Shown: positions 16,303 through 25,786 of the stretch, piece by piece | How the letters are laid out: the number at the start of each line of letters is the position of its first letter | How positions within the stretch are numbered: position 1 is the first letter of the stretch | Assembly (NCBI GenBank): GCA_044344255.1 | Contig: JBIJDH010000019.1 | Coordinates: 64,001 to 128,000 of the forward strand | Length of the DNA: 64,000 nt | Reading direction: 5' to 3' | Source of the DNA: Myxococcota bacterium | GTDB lineage: Bacteria > Myxococcota_A > UBA796 > UBA2385 | Notes under the pieces: model-generated | What the model was told of the DNA's origin: nothing | What the model saw: the letters and a program-made list of their open reading frames with translations, nothing else | The model's database searches: none | Translations under genes and position numbers: made by a program

Positions 16303-18783
16303 ATGTCCCGCCTCCTCCTGCCCATGTCCATCCTCTCCCTCGTGGCCTGCGCCGCGCGCCCCGGGGCCCCCTCGACCGCAGGCGACACGGCCGCGGATGT
16401 CACCCCCGCCGCGGAGGTCGGCGCCGGCGCCCCCCTGCGCTCGAAGATGGAGATCGCCTTCGCCGGACAGGTGGGCACGCCCATCCTCCTCACCCTCGGG
16501 GAGGGCGACAGGGCGATGGTGGTCCCCGCCCATGTCATCGACGGGCTCGTCGTCTCCGGCGACGTCGTCTTTGGCACCGTAGACGAGGTGATGGCCCAGG
16601 CCGACTACGAGGCCGCCGATGGCCCCCGCGCCGCCACCTTCCGGCTGCCGGCGAACCTCTGGCCCGACCGGCGCATCACCTACTACATTGACCCCATCGC
16701 CTCCGCCGCGGTCGAGGGCCTGATCGAAGACGCGGTCGACGACTGGAATGACCTCGGCATCATCACCTTCACCCGCGCCACCTCCCGGCCCACCACCGAC
16801 TACCTCGAGTTCGACGTCCCCTCGACCAACGACTGCTCCGACGGCGTGAACAGTGACGGGGACGAGGACAGCGCCATCGACGCCGCCGATGATGAGTGCG
16901 CCCGCGGCTACACCTCCGAGACCTTCTCCTGCTACACCACCGGGATCGGCAAGGGGGGAGACGGCACCACCATCCACGCCGAGGGCTGCTCGACCGGCAA
17001 CTTCCGCCACGAGATCGGGCACGCCGTGGGCCTCTACCACGAGCAGTCCCGCTGTGACCGCGACAACTACGTGGACGTCCACCTCGAGAACATCGACGCG
17101 GACTGGGAGGACCAGTACGACACCTGGTGCAGCACCACCTCGAATGGCCAGGACGTCGGCCCCTTCGACTTTGACTCGATGATGCTCTATGGCTCGGGCA
17201 GCGAGACGAGCCCGGCGATGACCGACGAGGACGGCAACACCTTCGGGGGTCAGCGGACGCACATCTCCGACCTCGACGCCCGCGCCGTCGCCTGGCTCTA
17301 CTCGGTCGACCTCGCCCGCTCTCGCGACGTGGACGGTGATAACGTCGATGACCTGCTCATCGGCGTGCCCTACGAGGACCACGGCACCACCACCATCTCC
17401 TCGGGTGGCTTCAACATCCTCTATGGTGCGGACGGCGGCCTCTCCGGGACCGGCTCCGAATTCTGGGACCAGGGCTCCACCGGGGTGGAGGGCACGCTGC
17501 AAGACTATGACCACATGGGCGCGGCCCTGGCGATCGGCGACATCGACGGCGACGGCTACGCAGATGTCATCGTGGGCTCCCCCGAGGAGGACCACAACCT
17601 CGACAACGACGCCGGTCTGCTCAACGTGTTCTATGGCGGCTCCTCTGGCCTGACGGTGGAGGGAGACAAGTGGTCCCAGGCCCACATCGGCGTCGCCGGC
17701 ACCTCGCAGGGCGGGGACAACTTCGGCGCCGCGCTGGTGATCGCCGACTACAACGGCGACGGCTACGGCGACGTGACGGCCGGCGTCCCGGGAGATGGCC
17801 CCACCAGCACCACCGACGAGGCGGGCGGCGTCAACATCATCTACGGGAGCGCCTCCGGCCTCGGCTTCGGCGGCGACGACTGGTATTACCAGGACGCCTC
17901 GGGGGTGGTGGGCTCGGGAGAGGCGAATGACCACTTCGGAGAGACCCTGGCCTCGGGTGACTTCGACAACGACGGCTACGCCGACCTCGCCATCGGCGTC
18001 CCCGGGGAGGACGTGGGCTCGGTCTCGAACGCGGGCTCGGTCAACGTGCTCTATGGCTCCAGCACCGGGCTCAGCACCAGCGGCAACCAGCTCTGGAACC
18101 AGGACATCACCGGCGTCGAAGACACCTGTGAGGCCAACGACGACTACGGCTCCGCCCTCGCTGTGGGTGACTTCAACTGCGACGGCTTCGACGACCTCGC
18201 GGTGGGCGTGCCGGGAGAGGCCGTGGGCACCGTCACCGGCGCCGGGCAGGTCTCTGTCCTCTGGGGCAGCGCCGCCGGCCTCACCGTGACCGGCGACACG
18301 CTCATTCACGCGAATTCGTCCTACGTCCCCGGCACCGCCGAGACGAATGACCACTTCGGCGAGACCCTGGCCAGCGCCGACCTCAACTGGGACGGCTGTG
18401 ACGACCTCGCCATCGGCATCCCCGACGAGTCCGGCACCGCGGGGGCCTATCAAGGGGAGGTGGTGGTGATGTACGGCGCCACCGCCGGCCTCCTCACCCG
18501 CACCGGCAGCCAGATCACCTGCTCGGGGAGCTGTGAGGCCGGCGACCAGCTCGGCTCGGCCCTCGGCACCGGTGACTGGAACGGCGACGGCTACATCGAC
18601 CTCGCGATGGGCGCCCCGGGCGAAGACGTGGGCACCGTGAGCAACGCGGGCGCGGTCGTCGTGGCCTACGGCGCCAGCGTCAGCCTCGACACCGCGGGCG
18701 CCGAGTGCTGGTACCAGGACTCCACGGGGGTCTCCGGCACCTCCGAGACCAGCGACGCCTTCGGCGACGCCATCGCCCAGTAG
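16303..18783 (+). CDS. Lipoprotein: astacin (M12A) zinc metallopeptidase plus FG-GAP repeat beta-propeller
   Basis: LSLVAC lipobox; HEIGHAVGLYHEQSR.DRD.YV, Met-turn SMMLY; repeated FG..LA.GDFN.DG..DLA.G.PGE. Confidence 0.9.
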   Translation: MSRLLLPMSILSLVACAARPGAPSTAGDTAADVTPAAEVGAGAPLRSKMEIAFAGQVGTPILLTLGEGDRAMVVPAHVIDGLVVSGDVVFGTVDEVMAQADYEAADGPRAATFRLPANLWPDRRITYYIDPIASAAVEGLIEDAVDDWNDLGIITFTRATSRPTTDYLEFDVPSTNDCSDGVNSDGDEDSAIDAADDECARGYTSETFSCYTTGIGKGGDGTTIHAEGCSTGNFRHEIGHAVGLYHEQSRCDRDNYVDVHLENIDADWEDQYDTWCSTTSNGQDVGPFDFDSMMLYGSGSETSPAMTDEDGNTFGGQRTHISDLDARAVAWLYSVDLARSRDVDGDNVDDLLIGVPYEDHGTTTISSGGFNILYGADGGLSGTGSEFWDQGSTGVEGTLQDYDHMGAALAIGDIDGDGYADVIVGSPEEDHNLDNDAGLLNVFYGGSSGLTVEGDKWSQAHIGVAGTSQGGDNFGAALVIADYNGDGYGDVTAGVPGDGPTSTTDEAGGVNIIYGSASGLGFGGDDWYYQDASGVVGSGEANDHFGETLASGDFDNDGYADLAIGVPGEDVGSVSNAGSVNVLYGSSTGLSTSGNQLWNQDITGVEDTCEANDDYGSALAVGDFNCDGFDDLAVGVPGEAVGTVTGAGQVSVLWGSAAGLTVTGDTLIHANSSYVPGTAETNDHFGETLASADLNWDGCDDLAIGIPDESGTAGAYQGEVVVMYGATAGLLTRTGSQITCSGSCEAGDQLGSALGTGDWNGDGYIDLAMGAPGEDVGTVSNAGAVVVAYGASVSLDTAGAECWYQDSTGVSGTSETSDAFGDAIAQ

Positions 18784-18842
18784 GCGGCCTGACCCCGCGG
18801 GGGCCCGGCCCCGGGCGGGGCGGAGGGATAAGGCGGGCGCGC

Positions 18843-19919
18843 ATGCACACCGTCTTCCTCTCCGCCGCCGAGCCCTCCGGAGACCTGCTCGCCGCCGAGC
18901 TGCTCCAGGCCCTGCAGCGGCGTGCCCCGGTGGTGGCGCGGGGCTGCGCAGGGCCGGCGATGCGGGCCGCTGGGGTCGAGGCCATCGTCGAGATGGAGTC
19001 GATCACGGCGATGGGGGTGGCCGAGGTGCTCGCGAAGCTCGGGCCCCTGAAGCGAGCCCGCGCCGCCCTCACCGCCGGCCTCCGCGAGGGGGCCGACCTC
19101 TTTATCGGGGTGGACGCCCCCGACCTCCACCTCCCGCTGGCCCGGATCGCGCGCCAGCAAGGCACCCCCGCCGTCGGCTACGTGAGCCCCCAGGTCTGGG
19201 CCTGGCGGCCGGGGCGGGTGGAGGGCATCGCCGCCAGCCTCGACCAGCTCCTCTGCCTCTTCGCCTTCGAGCCCCCGCTCTACGCCGAGGCCGCCGCGCG
19301 CCACGGCTGCGACGTGCGCTTCGTCGGCCACCCCCTCCTCGACCGCCTCCCCGCCCGCGGCGCGGTCGATCCCGATCTCTACGGCCTCCTGCCCGCCTCG
19401 CGGGAGCACGAGCTCCGCCGCCACCTCCCCGTCTTCTTGGCGGCCGCGGAGGCCCTGCAGGCCGAGCGGCCCGGCGCCCGCTTCGCCCTCGTGGTGCCCG
19501 AGGCCCTCCACGGCGCGCTCGGCCCCCTGCCCGAGGGGGTGCGCCTCGCCGCCCGCGCCGCCGACCTCGCCGGGGCCCGCGCCGCCCTCACGAAGAGCGG
19601 CACCGTCACCCTCGAGCTCGGACGGATGGGGGTGCCGATGGTGGTGGCCCACCAGGTCCACCCCCTCACCTACGCGCTCGGCCGCCTGCTCGTCCGCGGC
19701 GTGAAGCACATCGCCCTGCCGAACATCCTCGCCGGCCGGGAGGTGGTGCCCGAGCACCTCCAGTCGCTCGATCCCGCCGCGCTCTGCCGCGCCCTGCTCG
19801 AGCTCCCCGACCACCAGGCCCTCGACCTCTCCGCCCTCGGGGAGCCCGGCGCCGCCGACCGCGCCGCCTCCGCGGTCACCGATCTCTGGGCCGCCCGCCC
19901 CGCCCCCGGTGGGGAGTGA
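18843..19919 (+). CDS. lpxB: Lipid-A-disaccharide synthase
   Basis: AAEPSGDLL, DAPD, YVSPQVWAWR, FVGHPL, KSGTVTLE, IALPNILAGREVVPE. Confidence 0.9.
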   Translation: MHTVFLSAAEPSGDLLAAELLQALQRRAPVVARGCAGPAMRAAGVEAIVEMESITAMGVAEVLAKLGPLKRARAALTAGLREGADLFIGVDAPDLHLPLARIARQQGTPAVGYVSPQVWAWRPGRVEGIAASLDQLLCLFAFEPPLYAEAAARHGCDVRFVGHPLLDRLPARGAVDPDLYGLLPASREHELRRHLPVFLAAAEALQAERPGARFALVVPEALHGALGPLPEGVRLAARAADLAGARAALTKSGTVTLELGRMGVPMVVAHQVHPLTYALGRLLVRGVKHIALPNILAGREVVPEHLQSLDPAALCRALLELPDHQALDLSALGEPGAADRAASAVTDLWAARPAPGGE

Positions 19920-21265
19920 CCGTGTCGGGCGCTCCCCTCGCGCGCGGGCTGCCCTATGTCCTGCTCGGGCTGCTCACCGCCGCGCGGCTCGCCTTTGGCG
20001 GCAGCTTCGGCCTCGCCGAGGACGAGGCCTATTACGCGGTCTGGAGCGAGCGCCTCGCCGCCGGCTACCTCGACCACCCCCCCGCCATCGCCTGGCTCAT
20101 CCGCGGCGGTCTGTCGCTGCTCGGCCCCACCGAGCAGGGGGTGCGCCTGCTGCCCCTCCTGCTCGGCGGCCTCACCGCGGCCGTGGCCTCCCGCCTCTCC
20201 CCCGAGCGGGGCCTGCTGATCGCCCTCTTCTCGACCATGCCCCTCTTCGCCCTCGGCGGGATGCTCGCCACCCCCGACGTCCCCCTGCTCGCCGCCTGGG
20301 CCCTCGGCCTCTTCGCCGCCGAGCGCGGGGCCTGGCCGGCGGTGGGCCTCGCGGCGGGGCTCGCCATGCTGTCCAAGTACACGGGGCTCCTGCTCCTCCC
20401 GCTGCTCGTGCTGGCCGAGCCCGCCGCGCTGCGCCGCCGGGGGCCGTACATCGCCGCGCTGATCGCGCTCCTCGTCTATCTGCCGAACGCGGTCTGGAAC
20501 GTGTCGAATGACCTCGTGTCCTGGCGCTTCCAGTGGGCCCACGTCGGCGCGGGGACAGACCGCCTCGGCCTCTTCGCGGCCCAGCTCGGCCTCGGCGGGC
20601 CCCTGCTCTTCCCGGCCCTCCTCGCCTGGGCGGCCGTCGGGTGGCGGGGAGACAACCTCGAGCGGCGCTGCTGGTGGGCGAGCGTGCCGGTGCTGCTCCT
20701 CGCTGTGGCCTCCGGGGGAGAGGCCAATTGGGCGGCCCCCTTCTATGTGGGCGGCCTCATCGGCCTCTCGCGGCGGGCGGGGCGCTGGAGCCGGGCGGCC
20801 TGGATGGGCCTCGGGGTGAACGGCCTCCTCTCTGGGGTGGTGGTGCTGCACGTGCTCCACCCGATCGCCCGCCCGCCGGTGGAGCCCCGGGCCTGGCTCG
20901 ACCGGGGCCAGAACCTCGGCGATTCGGTGGCCGCCTGGGGGGCGAGCGCCGTCTACACGAGCCGCTACCAGGAGGCGGCGCTGATTGACTTCTATGGCGG
21001 CGAGGCCCTCGGCGGCGTGCGCCCGCGGCCCCTCCCCGGGCTCGGCCGCCCCACCCAATACGACCTCTGGGAGCCCGAGGCCGCCGAGCAGCTCGCGCCC
21101 TCCGCCCTCTTCGTGCGCCCCGAGCGACAGAGCGAGGAGATCGCGACAGACCGCCTCGGATATTCCCACGGCGACGCCCACCGGGTGAGCGCTTACATCG
21201 ACGGGATCGACCCCCTGCACCCCCTCGCCATCGCGCAGTTCCAGGTCTACGAGGTGCGGCGATGA
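19916..21265 (+). CDS. ArnT/PMT-family (GT39/GT83-like) membrane glycosyltransferase
   Basis: DEAYY..W...LA.GYLDHPP, TPD.PL, LSKYTG; lies between lpxB and msbA. Confidence 0.8.
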   Translation: MTVSGAPLARGLPYVLLGLLTAARLAFGGSFGLAEDEAYYAVWSERLAAGYLDHPPAIAWLIRGGLSLLGPTEQGVRLLPLLLGGLTAAVASRLSPERGLLIALFSTMPLFALGGMLATPDVPLLAAWALGLFAAERGAWPAVGLAAGLAMLSKYTGLLLLPLLVLAEPAALRRRGPYIAALIALLVYLPNAVWNVSNDLVSWRFQWAHVGAGTDRLGLFAAQLGLGGPLLFPALLAWAAVGWRGDNLERRCWWASVPVLLLAVASGGEANWAAPFYVGGLIGLSRRAGRWSRAAWMGLGVNGLLSGVVVLHVLHPIARPPVEPRAWLDRGQNLGDSVAAWGASAVYTSRYQEAALIDFYGGEALGGVRPRPLPGLGRPTQYDLWEPEAAEQLAPSALFVRPERQSEEIATDRLGYSHGDAHRVSAYIDGIDPLHPLAIAQFQVYEVRR

Positions 21266-23085
21266 GCGCGGGACAGGGACAGGGTCAGGGACAGGCCAGC
21301 GCCGCGCGCGCCCAGAGCGCCCGCCGCCTCCTTCGTTACTTCCGGCCGCACCGGGCCCGCATCGCCCTGTCGCTGCTGCTGCTCGCCTTGCACTCGGCCG
21401 TGCCCGGCCTGCTCGTCCTGCTCATCGAGGGCACGCTCGACGACGTGCTGATCGAGAAGGACGCCCTCCGCTTGAAGCTCCTGCCCTTCCTGCTCGTGGG
21501 CCTCTACGCGGCGAACGGCGCCCTCGGCTACGGGCGGGGGATGCTCACCCGCACCATCGCCTGGTCGGTGATCACCGAGCTCCGCCGCGAGCTCTTCCAA
21601 GCCATGCTGCGACAGGACGTGACCTTCCACCAGCAGCGGCCCACCGGCGAGCTGCTCGCGCGGCTGACCAACGACGTCCAGAACGTACAGTACGGGCTCA
21701 TCGGCGTCATCACCGGTGTCCAGAAGCCGCTCACCCTCGCGGTCCTCGTCGCCACCGCCTTCATGATGAACGCCCGCCTCGCCGCCATCGGCGTCGTGGT
21801 GCTGCCGATCATCGCCGTGCCGATGGCCCGCTTCGGCCGCCGCCTCCGCGAGAGCGCGCGGGCCTCCCTCGACAACCTCGCGGCGCTCACCGGCTCCACC
21901 TCCGAGACCCTCACCGGCATCCGCACGGTGCAGGCCTTCGGCGGCGAGGCCGAGCGCTCCGCCGTCTTCGACCGCGACAACGAGGCGCAGCGCCGCCTGC
22001 AGATGGCCGAGTTCGCCGCGCGGATGCTACCGAGCCCGATCATCGAGCTCATCGCCTCGATCGGCGTGGCGGTGGTGCTCTACGTGGGGGGGCGGCAGGT
22101 CTTCGCGGGCGAGATCGAGCCCGGCGAGCTCATCGCCTTCATGGTGGCGCTGGGCCTGCTGAACGAGCCGCTGAAGGGCCTCGCCGAGGTGCAGTCCCTC
22201 CACCAGCGGGCGGTGGCCGGGGCGAGCGTCGTCTTCGAGATCATCGACCGGCCGCCCCTCATCGCCGATCTCGGGCAGCGGCGCCTCGACAGCCGGCGGG
22301 TGACCCTCTCCTTCGAGGGGGTCTCCTTCAGCTACGGCAGCGGCCCGGTGCTCGACCGAGTGAGCTTCACCGCCGGGGAGGGCCGGCTGATCGCGCTCGT
22401 CGGGGCCTCGGGCTCGGGGAAGAGCACCATCGCCAGCCTCATCCCGCGCTTCTATGACCCCACCGAGGGCCGCGTCTGCCTGAACGGCGTCGACGCGCGC
22501 GACTTCAGCCTCGCCTCCTTACGGGCCCACATCGCCGTCGTCTCCCAGGAGCCCTTCCTCTTCAACGACACCGTGGCCGCCAACATCCGCCTCGGCTGCC
22601 CGGGGGCGACGCAGCCGGAGATCGAGGCCGCGGCGAGGGTCGCCAACGCCCATGACTTCATCCTCGGCTTGCCCCGCGGCTACGAGACCCCGATCGACGA
22701 GCTCGGGCTCCGGCTCTCCGGGGGCCAGCGGCAGCGCATCTGCATCGCCCGCGCCGTCCTCCGCGACGCGCCGCTGCTCGTGCTCGACGAGGCCACGAGC
22801 GCGCTCGACGCCGAGAGCGAGGCCCTCGTGCAGGAGGCCCTCGACCGCCTGATGAAGGACCGCACGGTGCTGGCGATCGCCCATCGCCTCTCCACCGTGC
22901 GCAGCGCCGATGAGCTGCTCGTGCTCGAAGCCGGCCGGATCGTGGAGCGGGGGCGGCACGCCGAGCTGCTCGCCCAGGGCGGGGCCTACGCCCGCCTCGT
23001 CCGCCGGCAGGAGGGCGGGAGCGTACTCCCGACGCCCCGGGTCGGAGACACCCTCGTACTCGACCCCGAAACAGAAAGCCGCTGA
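21262..23085 (+). CDS. msbA: Lipid A export ABC transporter (TMD plus NBD)
   Basis: TM domain, GASGSGKST, LSGGQRQR, LDEATSALD, IAHRLST; lipid A operon context. Confidence 0.85.
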   Translation: MSAGQGQGQGQASAARAQSARRLLRYFRPHRARIALSLLLLALHSAVPGLLVLLIEGTLDDVLIEKDALRLKLLPFLLVGLYAANGALGYGRGMLTRTIAWSVITELRRELFQAMLRQDVTFHQQRPTGELLARLTNDVQNVQYGLIGVITGVQKPLTLAVLVATAFMMNARLAAIGVVVLPIIAVPMARFGRRLRESARASLDNLAALTGSTSETLTGIRTVQAFGGEAERSAVFDRDNEAQRRLQMAEFAARMLPSPIIELIASIGVAVVLYVGGRQVFAGEIEPGELIAFMVALGLLNEPLKGLAEVQSLHQRAVAGASVVFEIIDRPPLIADLGQRRLDSRRVTLSFEGVSFSYGSGPVLDRVSFTAGEGRLIALVGASGSGKSTIASLIPRFYDPTEGRVCLNGVDARDFSLASLRAHIAVVSQEPFLFNDTVAANIRLGCPGATQPEIEAAARVANAHDFILGLPRGYETPIDELGLRLSGGQRQRICIARAVLRDAPLLVLDEATSALDAESEALVQEALDRLMKDRTVLAIAHRLSTVRSADELLVLEAGRIVERGRHAELLAQGGAYARLVRRQEGGSVLPTPRVGDTLVLDPETESR

Positions 23086-23149
23086 AGTCCGCGTCCATGG
23101 GGCATCTCTTCGCGCCCCTCCCGCCGGGATGGTGTACTCATTGGGGACC

Positions 23150-23998
23150 ATGGCCCTCCCCGACCTCTACACGTACCTGGACTATCGCGCGTACCTGCGC
23201 GACTGGTTCTCCGCGAAGAAGAACGCGAACCCGCGGTTCAGCCACCGCTTGTTCGCCCGCAAGGCCGGCCAGAAGTCGCCGAGCCTGCTGCTGCATGTGG
23301 TGGAGCGGAAACGAAACCTCACGCCGCAGACCGTGGATGCTTTCGGGCAGGCCATCGGGCTCAGCGGAGAGGAGGCCGACTTCTTCGCCGCCCTCGTGCA
23401 GCTCGATCAGGCCGAAGATCCCGACGAGCGCAACCGCGCCATGGAGAAGGTGAGGGCAACCCGCCGCTTTCGCGAGGCGCGCCGCCTGCAAGGAGAGTCC
23501 TTCGAGTACCTCTCCTGCTGGTACTACCCCGCGATCCGAGAGCTGGCCCTCTGCCCCGGCTTCCAGGCCGACCCCGAGTGGATCGCCGCCAACCTGCGCC
23601 CGCGCATAACGGGGGCGCAGGCCAAGAAGGCCCTCGAGCTCTTGTTCGCCCTCGGGCTGCTCAAGCGCGAGGCCGAGGGCGCCGTGCACGTCGCCGACGG
23701 CAGCGTGGTCACCCCCCATGAGGTGTTGAGCCTCGCGGTTCACAATTACCACACCGGCATGATCGACCGGGCGCGCGAGGCGTTAGGCGGCTTCCCCCAC
23801 ACCGAGCGACACTTCTGCGGAGTCACCGTGGCCGTCCCCGCTTCGCTGCTGCCGAAGCTCAAGCGAGAGCTGGACGCTTTCCAAGAGCGCCTGCTCGACC
23901 TCTGCGACGGCGCCTCCGACGAGCGGACCCGCATCTTGCAGGTCAACCTGAACCTGTTCCCGCTCTCGGCGGAGCTCCCGCCCACCGGTGCCCCGTGA
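23150..23998 (+). CDS. TIGR02147/DUF4423-family protein (N-terminal HTH-like)
   Basis: Y.YLDYRAYLRD...K...PRFSHR.FARKAG..SPS, WYYPAIREL, C-terminal QVNLNLFPLS. Confidence 0.85.
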   Translation: MALPDLYTYLDYRAYLRDWFSAKKNANPRFSHRLFARKAGQKSPSLLLHVVERKRNLTPQTVDAFGQAIGLSGEEADFFAALVQLDQAEDPDERNRAMEKVRATRRFREARRLQGESFEYLSCWYYPAIRELALCPGFQADPEWIAANLRPRITGAQAKKALELLFALGLLKREAEGAVHVADGSVVTPHEVLSLAVHNYHTGMIDRAREALGGFPHTERHFCGVTVAVPASLLPKLKRELDAFQERLLDLCDGASDERTRILQVNLNLFPLSAELPPTGAP

Positions 23999-24738
23999 AC
24001 CCGTCCCTGCTCGCTCCGCTCCTCCTGGTCACGCTCTTCGCCTGCCGCGGCGAAGGGGAGGGCGCCAAGGGGACGGCCGTCGGCAACCCCATCGGCATGC
24101 AAGCCGCAGCGGCGCCGGCCCAAGACGCGACGCTCACCCGCTTTGACGCGCCCACCGAGCACGTCGAGCTCGAAGACTGCCGCGGCGGCCTCGTCACGGT
24201 GCCGGTCCAGCGGAGCCTGGACCTCGTCCAGGGCGAGCCCCTCCCGCTCCCCGAGGGCACCTGGTGCACCCTCACCCTCCAGTTCTCGGGCCCCCTCGCG
24301 CTCCTCGGCAGCGCCGGCACCCACGGGGACTTCAGCGCCGACCTCACCCTCGACCGCCTGAGCTTCTCGAGCTCGAGCGGCATCGGGGCGCTGAGCGCCT
24401 ACGTGCTGGAGCTGGGCGCTCCCGGCTGGATCGACGGCCAAGAGCTGACGCTCGCCTCGGGGGTCACGACCGTGATCGACCCGGACTCAGACGACTACGC
24501 CCACATGGTGAGCGCCCTCCAGCTGCAGTCCGCGGTGTACCGCGACGACGACGAAGACGGCGATCTCTCGGAGGCGGAGCGCGACGAGGGCGCGGAGGCC
24601 GAGCACGACGACGGGGATGACGACGGCTCCGATGGCTCCGACGGCTCGGATGGCTCCGACGGCTCCGACGGTTCGGACGGCTCCGGAGACTCCGGCCGCT
24701 CCAGCGACACCGGCGACCGCCACGAGGCCGAGGACTGA
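23995..24738 (+). CDS. Lipoprotein with GTAVGNP motif and acidic DGS-repeat tail
   Basis: LFAC lipobox; GTGA overlap with the TIGR02147 gene. Confidence 0.7.
   Translation: MNPSLLAPLLLVTLFACRGEGEGAKGTAVGNPIGMQAAAAPAQDATLTRFDAPTEHVELEDCRGGLVTVPVQRSLDLVQGEPLPLPEGTWCTLTLQFSGPLALLGSAGTHGDFSADLTLDRLSFSSSSGIGALSAYVLELGAPGWIDGQELTLASGVTTVIDPDSDDYAHMVSALQLQSAVYRDDDEDGDLSEAERDEGAEAEHDDGDDDGSDGSDGSDGSDGSDGSDGSGDSGRSSDTGDRHEAED
24622..24684 (+). repeat. 9-bp coding repeat (DGS)x7
   Basis: GAYGGYTCS repeated seven times. Confidence 0.9.
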
Positions 24739-24811
24739 GGCGCGCCGGCCGCGCGGGGGCCCTGCTGCCCCACGGCCCAACCCGGGCTAAACTCCTCCGC
24801 TGGAGGCCCGG

Positions 24812-25786
24812 ATGCGGACCCTTTTTGTCATGGATCCCCTCGATCGGATCAACGTCGCCGGGGACTCCACCTACATGATGATGCTGGAGGCGGCCGCTCG
24901 CGGCTGGCCCGTCTCGTATTGTGTCCCCGATGACCTCTACGCCGAGGGCGGCGTGGCGCGGGCGCGGGTGGGGGACGTGCGGGTGCAGCGGGGGGCCCAG
25001 CCCTTCGAGGTGCTGCGCCGGGAAGACCGCGCCCTCGGCGACTTCGACGTCGTCTGGATGCGGAAGGACCCTCCCTTCGACATGGAGTACATCTTCGCGA
25101 CCTACCTGCTCGACCTCGTGCCCCCCACGACGCTCGTGCTGAACCGCCCCTCCTCCTTGCGCAACTGCAACGAGAAGCTGTTCACGCTGGAATTCGCCGA
25201 GTTCATCACGCCGACGCTGATCACGCGCGACGTGGCGCGGGGCCGGGCCTTCGCCGAGGCCGCCCCCGACCGCATCGTGATCAAGCCCTGGGACGGCAAC
25301 GGCGGCCGCGGCGTGCTGGTCAGCCACAAGGGCGACCCCAACCTCCGCTCCATGCTCGAGATCTTGACCGGAGAGGGCAAGCAGGCCTGCATCATCCAAC
25401 ACTATGTCCCTGAGATCGTTCAGGGGGACAAGCGCGTGATCCTCGTGGACGGTGAACCCGTGGGCTGGATGCTGCGGGTGCCCTCCGCAGGCGACCACCG
25501 CGGGAATATGCACGCCGGCGCACGGGTCGCCGCCTGCGAGCTCACGGAGCGGGATCGGGAGGTCTGTGCGCGGATCGGGCCGAAGCTGCGCGAGCTGGGG
25601 CTCTTGTTCGTGGGGATCGACCTCATCGGGCCCGCCCTGACGGAGATCAACGTGACCAGCCCCACCGGCATCCAGGAGATCAACGCCCTCATGGGCCTCC
25701 GCCTCGAGGTCACCCTGACCGACGCCGTCGAGGCCCGCCTGATCGCACACCGCGCCCAAGCCGGCGGCGCGGGGGTCCAGGGATGA
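24812..25786 (+). CDS. gshB: Glutathione synthetase
   Basis: FVMDPL, MRKDPPFDMEY, NEKLF, GDKRVIL.DGEP, RGNMH.G, EINVTSPTGI. Confidence 0.95.
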   Translation: MRTLFVMDPLDRINVAGDSTYMMMLEAAARGWPVSYCVPDDLYAEGGVARARVGDVRVQRGAQPFEVLRREDRALGDFDVVWMRKDPPFDMEYIFATYLLDLVPPTTLVLNRPSSLRNCNEKLFTLEFAEFITPTLITRDVARGRAFAEAAPDRIVIKPWDGNGGRGVLVSHKGDPNLRSMLEILTGEGKQACIIQHYVPEIVQGDKRVILVDGEPVGWMLRVPSAGDHRGNMHAGARVAACELTERDREVCARIGPKLRELGLLFVGIDLIGPALTEINVTSPTGIQEINALMGLRLEVTLTDAVEARLIAHRAQAGGAGVQG

